Source: Mobula hypostoma (Eukaryota). From it: 64,000 nt of DNA. The translations under genes and the position numbers were made by a program. Positions 1 to 11,729 of this stretch are shown here, piece by piece. The stretch's first letter is position 1. Each line of letters starts with the position of its first letter. The stretch is taken from the NCBI RefSeq assembly GCF_963921235.1, contig NC_086097.1:129706001-129770000 (forward strand), read 5' to 3'. Under the pieces are notes generated by a model that saw only the letters and a program-made list of their open reading frames with translations, was not told the DNA's origin and ran no database searches.

Positions 1-599
1 ACAGAGAGAGAGAGAGTATACATATTAGTTAAGTTAAATTAAATTAGTGCAAAAAAAGAGCAAGAAAAGATAGTGAGACAATGTACATGTGTTCAATGTC
101 TATTCAGAAATCGGATAGCAGAGGGAAGAAGCTGTTCCTGAATTGTTGCGTGTGTGCTCAACGTTCAGTATCTCATTGTTTGAAAAGTATGTATCTAGGA
201 AGATGGCCTTGCATTTTCCTACATTATATTCTGTCTGCAACATCCTCGCCCATTCACTTATATCTGTAGCCCTTGAAGTGCCTCTGCCTTATCTTGCAGC
301 CTACATAATTCTGTATTATATCAGCAAACTTGAACATATTAGTCATAGAATCATGGACCACAGAAACGGGCCCTTCAGCCCAATCTGTTCTTGCTGATCA
401 AGTTACCTACCTGAGCTAGTTCTGCCTGCCTGCATTTGGCCCATAGACCTCTAAACCTTTTCTGCCCATGTACCTATCCCCAACACCTTTACGCTGTTCT
501 ACGTATACTTGATTTACTCACCTATTTCACATTTTGTACAGAGTTGGAGGATCCCCACCAGTTACAATCCTCAAACTGAAAATTAACCATTTCAAGGAT

Positions 600-990
600 C
601 AACTTTATTCACCATATACAATTTCATGTATTAGGACTTCGCTTTAGTGTGGTGGTAAATGATAAGACTGATGCCAACTGCATCATCTGAGGATCTGTTG
701 GCTTTATCGGCAAACTACAGATGATCTAAAAAATACTGAGTTATGGATTTGAGAAATGACACAACCAGCCTTTCAGAAGTCTTCATTATGACTGATGTGG
801 TTACAACTGACCTGTAGTCATTGAGTCCTGTGATCGTTGATTTTTTTTTGGAGGGAGGACTGGAATAATAATGGATTTCTTGAACCATGCATAGTGACTG
901 CATAGTTTAAGCAACTGATTGAAAATGTTTGTGAAGGCTGTAGAAAGCTGGTTAGCATGGTGTTTATGAATGGCGGGGGAGACAGTCAGG
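600..990 (-). mobile_element. Rex1/Babar-like LINE RT fragment
   Basis: ORF 715-903 contains TGLNDYRSVVTTSVIMKTSERLV (LNDYRPVALTSxxMKxFERLV motif). Confidence 0.7.
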
Positions 991-999
991 ACAAGTAGC

Positions 1000-3140
1000 C
1001 ACCTTGATATTTATTCTTGCTCTCCAAAATCTTTTTGGCTGCTTAAAATTTACCCCAATGTTGGCAATGTTGTGCAGCCTAGTTCTGTTTTATTATCTCC
1101 TTTATGGTATCTTTTTGAAGACTTTCTGGAAGTCTTAATACAATCATTAACTGGTTTTCTCTGGCCTATTCTGCTGGTTATAACTTCAAAAAAAACCAAC
1201 AGATTTGTCAAACGTCGTTTTCCTTTCATAGTTCCATATTGATTCTGCCTAGTTTTATTGTTAATTTTAAAACAGCCCGTTGCCACTTCATATTATGGTG
1301 CCTCAAGGCGGCAGGATCTATCATTATGGACCTTCACCATCGTGGATACGCCCTCTTCTCGTTACTACAGTCAGGGAGGAGGTACGTGAACCTGATGACC
1401 CACACAATGATTTAGAATCAGCGCCTCCCCTCTGCCATCAAAAATGAATGCTACGTCATTTTTCCTCTTTTTTTTTACTATGCACTATTTGTTTAGTTGC
1501 GCGATTTTTAGGCTTTTGCAGTCAAACAACAAATTTCAGTGATCTGATTCTGATTCCTGTATTTTCCGTGCTACTGGTATCAGACTGCCTGGTCTTCCCT
1601 GTCTTTTCACTCCATTTTTAAACAGTTTTTAAAATTTGTTTAAACTAATTTTGGACTTTCTAAAATTTTAGCAGATAATCTGTGCATCCACAAACCACAT
1701 CCAAAACATTAAAATGCAGTTCCACAAGACTTAAAAACAGTAGTGGGTCATTTGGCTCACTCTGCCAGTTGATCATGGCTGATTTATTATCTCTCTCAAA
1801 TCCATTCTTATGTCTTCTCCCCATAATCTTTGACACACTTACTAATCAAGTACCTATCAACCTCCGACTTAAAAATACCCAATGAATTGGCCTCCACACC
1901 TGTCATTGGCAATGAATTCCATGGATTCTTTGCCCTCTGGCTAATGAAATTCCCCTTCATCTTTGTTCTAATGGGATGTTGTTGTATTCTGACACTGTGA
2001 CTACTGGTCCTAGACACTCCCACTATTGAAAATATCTTCTGAATATCCACTTTATCTAGGGAAACACTTTAATTTCCGTCAGCTGCGAAAGTCTAGGGAA
2101 GATCATCTCCGGCCCCGCCAAACGTGTGAGATTGAGACGCGAGACCACCCCAAAACCCCGTTTGAGTGGATGCTGTGTGATTCGTTACCATTACAAATGA
2201 GTGCCACAGAATAACAGACAGTACACTGCATACAATTAAAAGATGTAGCTTTATAGTTCTTAATTTGACTAAAGGGTTAGCAAAGAAAGAACAAAAAAAA
2301 AGAAATATGCCAATTTTAATTAAACAGTCTCGCGTGCATAAGTTGGTGCTCACGGGTTTCCCAATCGCCGATCCTCCATCGATTACCCCGGGCTTCACTG
2401 AGTCATGGCCCCGCTCTGGGTCAAATCCTATAACCTCTTCTCTCCGGCGTTTTCTCACTTCATCTCTCAACAAAAGCCCCAAGCCCAACTTTAGTGTCTC
2501 TCACCAGAGAAACCGTCCCTTAATCCGACCATCCTCTTTGGATGGCACACAATTCTCCAATCTCTCATCTTCAGCAGTAACACAAACATAAGAGGAAAAC
2601 AAGCAGCTCGCACAGAACAGCACAAAATGAAGTACAGAACAGCATAACAGTAAAAAATATGAACCAGGGCATTACATAGGCCCTTCTATATTCAATGGGT
2701 TTTAATCAGATTCATTTTCATTCTTCTAAACTCCATTGAGTACCAGCCCAGAGTCATCAAACGCTCCACATATGTAAATTCTTTCAGTCCCGGGATAATT
2801 CTAGTGAACCTCCTCTGAATCTTCTCTATTGCCAGCATATCCTTTCTTAGATAAGGGGCCCAAAACTGCTCACAAAGCTCCAAGTACAGTCTGACCAATA
2901 CCTTATAAATCCTCAGCATTATATTCTTGCTTTTATATTCTAGATCTCTTGAAATGAATGCTAAAATTGCATGTACCAACTCAACTGCAAGTTACCCTTT
3001 AAGGAAAAAGTCTCTAGGACTCCCAGTCCCTTTGCACTTCTGATTTCTGAATTTGCTCACCTTTTAGAAGATAGTCTACTCCTTTATTCCTTCTACCAAC
3101 GTGCATGACCATACATCTCTCTACACTCTATTCCATCTGA
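1000..3140 (-). mobile_element. Degenerate CR1 LINE fragments, interrupted by a Rex-like tail (about 1290-1555) and a solo LTR
   Basis: LTNLLVFFEVITSRI (1050-1286), FISQRAKNPWNSLP (1808-2050) and LYKVLVRLYLELCEQFWAPYLRKD (2692-2979) are CR1 ORF2 motifs. Confidence 0.8.
2061..2676 (-). mobile_element. Solo LTR inserted into a CR1
   Basis: Starts TGTAATGCCC on the minus strand at 2676; flanked by 4-bp TSD tagg (2057-2060, 2677-2680); CR1 sequence resumes on both sides. Confidence 0.7.
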
Positions 3141-3364
3141 CAGGTCCTTGAAATTTATCACCTTTATGATTTAGGTCATTTCTTGGGGCCGGAAATGTTT
3201 CAGATTTCAGAATTTTTCAGATTTTGGAATTTATAGTGAAATAACTTGGGATTGCCATCATGTCCAAGTCTGAATTGAAGTGCTACTCGTAAGCAGTCCT
3301 TGTCTTACACTCATTCCTCACACATATGTACTTAGCAGTAAAGATCATTACATATCCACAAAGA

Positions 3365-3760
3365 GGACCACAACCTTGTTGTGGTTTGGAGGATTGCGTG
3401 CCTCATTGACACGGACAACTATGTTGGCTGGAGTCAGGGCTTTATGCTTTGGCTCTTGGTAGGGTCACCTATGCCAAACAGGTCAAAGGGTAGAGGCCGG
3501 GCAAGAGTGGTCCACCAGTCTTCCAGGTTCAGAGGTTCAGCTCAGGGCTAACAACACTGACTTGTCAAAGAAAATGGCTATGGAAAAAGCAATAAAGAAT
3601 CCTTCTTCATCTGTGTGTGACAACATTCCTGAGTCTCCACCTGGGATGTGCATGACTGACAGTAAAACTGAGAGGAAGTTATTGACGCGATGAAGGAAGC
3701 CAGAGACAGAGGACCTTCATTGCTGCTGTAAATGCCAGCGGTGTAATGGGTAAAGGAAGA
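3365..3760 (+). mobile_element. RTE-clade 5'UTR-derived element
   Basis: Resembles RTE/Expander 5' ends (caaccttgttgtggtttgggattgcgtgcctc... gggtcacctatgcc... gggctaacaac). Confidence 0.5.
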
Positions 3761-3995
3761 AGAATTAATATAATGAAAATATAAAGTGAGCAGGGTAACA
3801 AAAGCCAACAGCAGCATCGGGAGAATACCTGAATTAGCTGTTGAACAAAGGCAGGCTTTCAGTCTCCACCTACGATGCCCAGTTTAATTAAAATGTTTCG
3901 GAACCCTATTTGTATTTTACATATTTTTCTAGGTATTATGTGAAGTATAAAAACAAGCAGCATTGTATGTGTAACTGGGTGACTGTCGGTTCTTA

Positions 3996-4875
3996 AACAT
4001 AGAAACATAGAAAATAGGTGCAGGAGTAGGCCATTTGGCCCTTCGAGCCTGCACCGCCATTCAGTATGATCATGGCTGATCATCCAACTCAGAACCCTGC
4101 CCCAGCCTTCTCTCCATACCCCCTGATCCCTGTAGCCACAAGGGCCATATCAAACTCCCTCTTAAATATAGCCAATGAACTGGCCTCAACTGTTTCCTGT
4201 GGCAGAGAATTCCACAGATTCACCACTCTCTGTGTGAAGAAATTTTTCCTAATCTTGGTCCTAAAAGGCTTCCCCTTTATCCTCAAACTGTGACCCCTCG
4301 TTCTGGACTTCCCCAACATCGGGAACAATCTTCCTGCATCTAGCCTGTCCAATCCCTTTAGGATTTTATACGTTTCAATCAGATCCCCCCCTCAATCTTC
4401 TAAATTCCAACGAGTACAAGCCCAGTTCATCCAGTCTTTCTTCATATGAAAGTCCTGCCATCCCAGGAATCAATCTGGTGAACCTTCTTTGTACTCCCTC
4501 TATGGCAAGGATGTCTTTCCTCAGATTAGGGGACCAAAACTGCACACAATACTCCAGGTGTGGTCTCACCAAGGCCTTGTACAACTGCAGTAGTACCTCC
4601 CTGCTCCTGTACTCGAATCCTCTCGCTATAAATGCCAGCATACCATTCGCCTTCTTCACCGCCTGCTGTACCTGCATGCCCACTTTCAATGACTGGTGTA
4701 TAATGACACCCAGGTCTCGTTGCACCTCCCCTTTTCCTAATCGGCCACCATTCAGATAATAATCTGTTTTCCTATTTTTGCCACCAAAGTGGATAACTTT
4801 GCCACTATTTCTTGGGCTACTTCCTTAAGCACTCTGGGATGCAGACCATCTGACCCTGGGGATTTATCTGCCTTC
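3996..4875 (-). mobile_element. Young 5'-truncated CR1 copy with internal deletion
   Basis: ORFs 4089-4352 and 4375-4725 are the CR1 ORF2 C-terminus; (ttctatgt)n tail at 3996-4013; nearly identical to 54972-55771; possible TSD ttctta. Confidence 0.92.
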
Positions 4876-5935
4876 TTATTCAGTATCGTTAAAAGTGTAC
4901 TTAGGCATCCATCCGGGTAATGCCAGAATAGTTGTCTGTGCCTTTAAGGGAGACGGTGATGTCATTACACATGCGCGGGATAGTGGTGAGACCATTTTGC
5001 TTTCTGCTGAAGACGTGGTAAGGTGTTGGAATTGGGTTCTTCCCAGAGTGTGCTGGGCATGGTGAGGAAAGGTGAGCATTAATGGACAATATCCATGTGA
5101 AGTCGTTTATGCTTGTTGGCGGATTGAGAATATTGGTAATTTGACATGTTTTACATGTCAATGCTTTAGATTTCCACCAGTGAAGAAATCAACGCTGGAT
5201 CGCGTGGCTTATACCAAGTTCCTCACCATCCAAGTAGATCAGTCTTCCTGTAATTTAACTACCTGCAATACCTTGTAAAAGTGTACCTTTTGTCTAACTT
5301 CATTGTATCAGGACTGATTGTGCATGTAACTGTGTCGCATGAATGTTTAGTCTCTGTTCGGAAGTTCAGCACGTGTGTACCTCTTAGATGAGATGTATTC
5401 GCTTACATTTTTCGCTGTTATGTATAAGATGTAGGGTGAGTGGGATTCTAATGTTGTTTGTGTTGTGTTCCTTCAGGATTACCGTATTAGTTCTGGTGTT
5501 TTTATACTGCATACGCAATTCTGTCCATACACAAGGGTGTGAATTGGAAGTTAAGCTGAGATTGTAATGGCAAGAACTGTTTGTAAGTTCGTTCATTTTG
5601 TTTCGTGACCCTCCTCTGGCACTTAAACATTGAAAACTGATAAAGGAATTAAAACTTGAAAAAGTCTTTGTTGTCCTGAGTGTGTACTTTTCCCCAGGCT
5701 ACATAAACTTGTTCTGAGGTTCGCTTTTCATCAGTGACAATATTCATTCATGAATGAATTTCTCTGCCGCTTTGTGATCTGCAGATGCTTTATCTTAAAA
5801 ATGTTTTTAATCTTTAAAAATTTAATGGTGTCTTAATTTTTTTGCACCCAGCCTGCTGAATATTCACAATTACCTTCAATTCTCAGTTTGTCATGATAGA
5901 TCTCTGCTTGTTTCATGATCAGCATATCATTTAAG

Positions 5936-6685
5936 ATGCCACTGGTGAAGCACAGTGTTGATTTTCTGGCAGCAAACAAAACTATTAACTACTTTGTTTT
6001 TCTCAAAGGATCATTTCAATCTTTCCTTGTGGCTTCCCTTTCGAAATTGAGCTTTTGAAGTATCTGTATGACTTGGCCTTTCTGTGCTGTGAACTGAAGT
6101 CTCGAAGGTACAGGATGGTTGCAGCATCGAATGTAGGGGCCATAAGGAGGTGGCAGGCCCCAGGCCAAAGTGTAGGAAATGAGCCAATGTTTGGTCATTG
6201 CTGGAGCAGACTTGGAGGCAGTTTGAAGCAGCAAAACTGAGGCAAGGCAGGGTTGCGGTGGTGGGTCCGGGGTCCAAGAGCAAGGAAGGAGCCGATTTAA
6301 GCTCTGGACTAGATTGAAAAGGTCAGGATGTGGGGGCCAGAGGGGAGGAATGGGGCGGTGTTCAGCTCGCTGCTCCGTGAGGTTCAGTCATCATCTCTGT
6401 GCTGAACTGAGGTTGTGGCCTGCAACTAACAGGCTCCTGGATCGGTTGCAGTGATGACTGACTTCATGGCTGTGGGACTCACTTTCATGAACTTCAGTTT
6501 TGAATGTTTTTTGCATACTTATATTGTTTGCATGATTTGTTTTTTTTCTGCACATTGGGTGTTTGATGACTTCTATTTTAATGGGTTCTCTTGGGTTTCT
6601 TTGTTTTATGGCTGCCTGTAAGGAGACAAATCTCAAAGTTGTATAATATACACACTTTGATAATAAATACATTTTGAACTTTAAG
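5936..6685 (+). mobile_element. Non-autonomous LINE-derived element with Rex1/Babar-type 3' tail
   Basis: Splits the Tigger transposase; ends ...tttgataataaa...ttttgaacttt like 43040-43080; body similar to 53270-53735. Confidence 0.6.
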
Positions 6686-7927
6686 TGGCATATGATCACT
6701 CTGCTGACTAATCCACTCTTTCAATACCCAATCGAGATCTTCACTTTTTGCTTTATGTAGGGTTCTTCTAGTTTTCCATTAACTTCTGTTTGTTACGTAT
6801 GTGATGTCACTTCTTAGAACTGTCCGTGATACGCAGAGACCTGCTCATTGCCTGGGAACCTTCCCAGCGCATTGTGAAGTTTTCCATTTGTGACATCATG
6901 TCAATGCGTAAAAAAATTTTGGATGTCGGTGATATTCGGATTTTTGAATTTCGAGTAAGGAGTATTCAATCTGTATGAGTTTTTAAAAAAAAATTATATC
7001 CACGAAGTCACACTGAAGTTATTCATTAAATTTCTCTGCCATTTACTTATTCCTTAATATAATTTCTCTGCTTCAGTCTGCAAGAGACATGCATCAAATT
7101 TAGTTGATTTTTACTTCTTTAACTCTTAGAATATATTTTTATTTTGTTTGTTGCTAGCCTACTTATTTTCCTTTCCTCCATCAATGTTCGTCCAAATTTA
7201 CTGAATTCTAACATTTATCCCAGTCTCCAAACTTGCTTTTTTTTTGACAATTTTATAAGCCTTTCCTTGAAATAACTTTTGAACAGCTATGGCAGCAGCA
7301 CTTTCTGTTTTCTTGAAGGGAATTTTCTTTTTGTAATTTATGTACTAGTTCTTTAAAAGTTAACCATTAGTTGTTTATAGTTGTCTCTTTCAGTTTACTT
7401 CATGCAGTTATAAGATCCTGATTTCAGTTTTCAATCTTTATATAAAGTTCTACCATATTACAATATTAGGATTGCAGCACATCGAGCTGTTCGACAACCC
7501 CTCAGTACTGCAATGGAATATCAGCCAAGGTATTTGTACTCAGGATTTTAGGGCTGGTCTTGAACCCACAAACTTCTGACCCTAATATCCCAACTGAGCC
7601 ACAACAGACATTTTGTATAACTCTATCAAGTCATCATAGTTGCTAGTTCTATTCATAGGTAAAATTGCAGTGGAGCAGGCATCATGTTAAATCATGGTGC
7701 TGTTTAAAGTTGACTGAATTTGGTGTCCCTTTTAATAAAAATGTCTCAAGTTCCTTCATTTATTTTCAATACAGACGTTCAGGATGTTTATTTCACACAA
7801 CCAAGCATCTCAGTTTTGTGTTTTGCCAATTGCACTGGTAAGAAGCTCCAGATCACATGGAAAATTAAGGGCACTTTAAAAGCCAGAAATGTAATTAGTC
7901 TCTGTGGTCTTAAACATTGCAACACTT

Positions 7928-8144
7928 CGTAAACACAAAATAATCTGCAGATGCTGGGGTCAAAGCAACACTCACAACACGCTGGAGGAACTCAGCAGGT
8001 CGGACAGCATCCGTGGAAATGATCAGTCAACGTTTCCGGCCAGAACCCTTCGCCAGTCCTGTCGAAGGGTTCCGGCCCGAAATGTTGACTGATTGTTTCC
8101 ACGGATACTGCCCGACCTGCTGAGTTCCTCCAGCGTGTTGTGTT
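7928..8144. mobile_element. Palindromic Penelope-derived mini-element with two inverted, mutated hammerhead motifs
   Basis: About 7972-8055 and 8056-8142 are inverted repeats; 14-bp TSD acattgcaacactt / acattgcagcactt (7914-7927, 8145-8158); related to the pLTR at 48590-48724. Confidence 0.8.
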
Positions 8145-9089
8145 ACATTGCAGCACTTGTTGGCAAGCCTCTCACCAAAATTCTAGTTTGCACCAAATCC
8201 TGTTCACCCATCACCACAGTTACTGACTGACAGTAGCTTCTGGTGCTTACTCTCTCTCTCTCACTGGACTTACCTTTCACTATGCCTGCAACCTTTTCTA
8301 TCTTTACAATGTTTGGAGCTCTGTGTTCCTTCAGATCTGGCCTCCCGTGCATCTTAGAGAGCCAGCATAAACACAATGGGACAAATCTCTGCCCATTTAT
8401 GGAAGTAGGTAGGGCCATACTTGATCTGAACCACTGCCTGTGGTCACCCCACACCAGCCTCATCTTTTCTAGTTGCATAGCTCCCCATAACCTTAAAGCC
8501 TCAGTAGTGTGCACATCCATCATAATCTTAAGCAGACTGAATGCTTGTTACAGTTTCACGTTTCTAGTTTTGTATTTTGTGCCATTTGGAAAAATATTTC
8601 TTTCCTCTAAGTGTCATATTTTACATAGGAATACTCGTCAGGAAAATGCACTTAGTTTATCCTAATGGATGATTAGAATGACCTTTTGCTATTAAGAGGC
8701 ATTTTAAAAATAACTGGTATGTTATTTCCACAATGAGGATCAACCAAAATCATCTATTGTCCAGAGCTGCTGCATCTGTGAATCGGGAGCAATAACCCTA
8801 TCCTGGGTCAAGCTAGAGTTCAGGAGTTCTCTACCAACAGGATTACGACATTGTGTTCAATCCACAGGTCCTCCAAATGGAAATAGAGTACAACCAAACC
8901 TGAACTGATCAATGGTGAGTTAACTTTGGCTTCAGTGCCAGTCTGTGGGCAGCCTCTGTGAAGCCCACAAGCTAACCATCTCGGCCTAAACCGTCAAAAG
9001 TAGGAGGTCAAATCATGCCTTAATCCCACAGACACTTTCCAATACCTAAGGTGCACTTCCACACTTCAAAACAAAACTGACATGGAGAA

Positions 9090-9270
9090 GGTAATGTGGT
9101 CAATAAGCTGGGTCATGTGCTAAAAAAACACTGCACCAGTGAACCAAGTTTAATCTTGACTTCTGTCTGTGTAGAGTTTGCACACAGCTGCCAGGTCCTC
9201 TGGTTTCCCTCCACATCCCAAACATGTGCAAAATTGGCTCCTATAAGTTGCCCCTAATGTGTAGATTCTA
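9090..9270 (+). mobile_element. Degenerate HE1-like tRNA SINE
   Basis: ctgtctgtgtagagtttgcac...ctctggtttccctccacatcccaaac...ttgcccctaatgtgtag core; related pieces at 14875-15010/15355-15420, 54920-54970/59308-59385 and 60600-60760. Confidence 0.6.
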
Positions 9271-9489
9271 AGCACAGAATAAGCTGGTAACCGAGTAGGA
9301 CTAGGCACAGACTTGGCGGGCAGGACTGGTCATTTTCGCAATGTCTCTGGATAAAGCAACACAATATTGGGATTGATAACCTAGGCTGCACCAAAAGTGG
9401 TAGAAAAGAAGGTCAAAAAGCAACAGACTGCACGTTCAAAACATTTTGAAATTTAATTGTAAATCTAAGTTAGAAGCCAGTCAAGAGAG

Positions 9490-9975
9490 TTCTTAGTAAT
9501 AGAGCAAAACAGCATGTAACCAGGCATTTTGGCCCAATTTGTCTATGCCAATGCTGGTGCCCACCATCTAATTTGCCCACATTTGACCTATATCCAGCAC
9601 CCCTCCTATCCATGAACTGGTCCAAATGACTTTTAAATGTTATTACTCTACTTCCCTCAATTACTTTCTCTGGCAGCTCATTCCATGTATGCACCCTCCT
9701 CTGTGTGGGAAGCTGCCCCCCCCAACCAGGTCTCTTTTTAAATCTTTCTCCCCTTGCCTTAAAACTATGCCCTCTGGTTTTTAGTTTCTCTCCACTCTTG
9801 AAAAAGGGTATGTGCTTTCATCCTATCTATATCCCCCATGTTTTTATATACCTCAAAAATCACCCCTCAATCTCCTGTGTCAAGGAAATCAAATCCTAGT
9901 CTGTCCAACTTCTCTCTGTAACTTAGACCTTCAAATCTAGCAGCATCCTTGTAAATCTTTTCTGCAGTCTTCAGT
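9490..9975 (-). mobile_element. CR1 3' fragment
   Basis: WNELPEKVIEG..ITFKSHLDQFMD motif (ORF 9470-9694). Confidence 0.7.
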
Positions 9976-10192
9976 TTAATTAGTTCGGCACAACATGATG
10001 GGCCAAGGACCCGTTGCTATGCTGTAGTTTTTTATGTTCAAAGTGATCTGATCGAGGTGGTCACATGCATGGGGAGATGACTAATGATGTCGAGTACATG
10101 TGATTTCAGAAAGCATCTGTTTCACTTTCTGCATAAAGGACCATAAACAAAAGTAAAAGCAGATGGAGCAAGAGAAAACAAAAGAATAGAAG

Positions 10193-10198
10193 TTTATT
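10193..10198 (-). promoter_or_regulatory. Candidate poly(A) signal of KCNG2
   Basis: First canonical AATAAA on the minus strand after the stop (about 1.5 kb), followed by a U/GU-rich tract; ATTAAA variants lie closer (about 11267, 10533). Confidence 0.4.
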
Positions 10199-11729
10199 CC
10201 ATGGTATACAGAATGTGACAAAGTAACATACCCAGGAATCTGTTCTGCTGTGTTCACTTTCTGTGTCAATAATGTACGAGGAAAATAAATTTTATACTCA
10301 AGTTGCATTTAAAATCATTATATTTACAGGAGGTTATAAAAGTGACACTGCCAGACCATAACTGGCCAGTACCACAACAGATGGGGATGACTGGTGAATG
10401 ATTGGAAGTAGGGGTTGACAATAAATGTACCTATGTATTCACATCAGCAGCAGGAAGAGTTATCAATGGTAAAATACAGAACTGGAGAAGCAAAGCTACA
10501 GAGGTACAGGCAGGCAGCAATCTGGAGTTCTGTTTAATTTCCCTTCCAACAGCATTACATAATCTTTGCATGTATTCCCTTGGGATATGCATGTTGGGTG
10601 GCAATGGAATCATGATGTTTGAAATGATAATGCCATTCAAGATAGAAAAATCTGTTTTGACTAATGGGGGGTTCTGGAATTAGACCCGGCTATGTAGGAG
10701 TGAAATCAGAAAGCTGTTTCGGTTAGATCTGTGAACATCCCGTGCTCATCTTTAGATTTGTTTTTATGTTGCAACCTTAAACACAGGTAACTAAATGGAA
10801 TCACAGTAGAAGTCAGCAATGATCCCAGTCAAACAATGCAACCACTCAAAGGATGAGTCTCGTCTTCTGTGTAAATGGCAAAAGGTCAATATTCCTGATT
10901 CCTTATGTTCCAGTCACTGATCATCAAAATATCCAAATTATCAATGAATTCACCACACTGACAGCCCTGTTCCTAAATCCGGCAACCGCATTGTCAGTTT
11001 CCTTGGATATGCTAATTCATTGCATCATCTGGAGCATGACTGCAGTCTTTCATTTAACATTGCAAAATATTTTCTCACTGCATAAAACTTGATTTAAATG
11101 GAATTTTGCACAATTTTAAGAGAACGAATTATCCAGGCTATGAATTAGCAGATTTAAATAAATGTTGAAACTCAGTAAATATTTTTATGTCAAATCCCCA
11201 ACATGGTGGGTCTTTAGTAAACTATTTCAGGTAGAGGACGGAGGTTGATGCAGTAAGTAAGAAAATTTTAATATTGTGAATGCAAATTCATTTCTTCATC
11301 AAACAAAATGTTACCACGTCGGATGGTAAATGTAATGGTTAACTAAATCAGTTAAAGAATGCACTAACTCAAATGAAAGGAAAGTAGAATCAGACCATGC
11401 ACTGTGCCAGCACTATCACAGTCGATGCGAGAAATTTTAACTGCTAAGCACTTGCGCATAATTTGATTTTCCACCTGACACTGTACAAAACTAAGATGCC
11501 AAATGTTTTTCTCACTATATATGCAGTATGCAGTGTGATAGGCTACAGAAGGTTTGCCGTCTGGCTTTTCCATGTGTTTTTCAAAGTTGGGCATCAGCTC
11601 CAACCATGTTAACAAGTCACTCCCAAATACAGAGACGAGAAGATAAACACCGGTTTCAACAACTTTGCGTGAAGATGCTGGTCATTTCCAGTCTGGACAG
11701 AGATGAAGGTCTTTGATGTAACGCTCTTC

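Larger units (their letters stand above)
3180..6976 (-). mobile_element. Tigger4/MER46-like (pogo) DNA transposon remnant with nested insertions
   Basis: MER46-like termini (3180-3232 ttggggccggaaatgtttcagatttcagaattttttcagattttggaat; 6880-6976 ...tattcggatttttgaatttcgagtaaggagtattcaatctgTA). Minus-strand transposase pieces: LHKAKSEDLDWVLKEWI (about 6690-6790) and MLIMKQAEIYHDKLRIEGNCEYSAGW...DKASADHKAAEKFI...EQVY (about 5700-5935). Confidence 0.8.
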
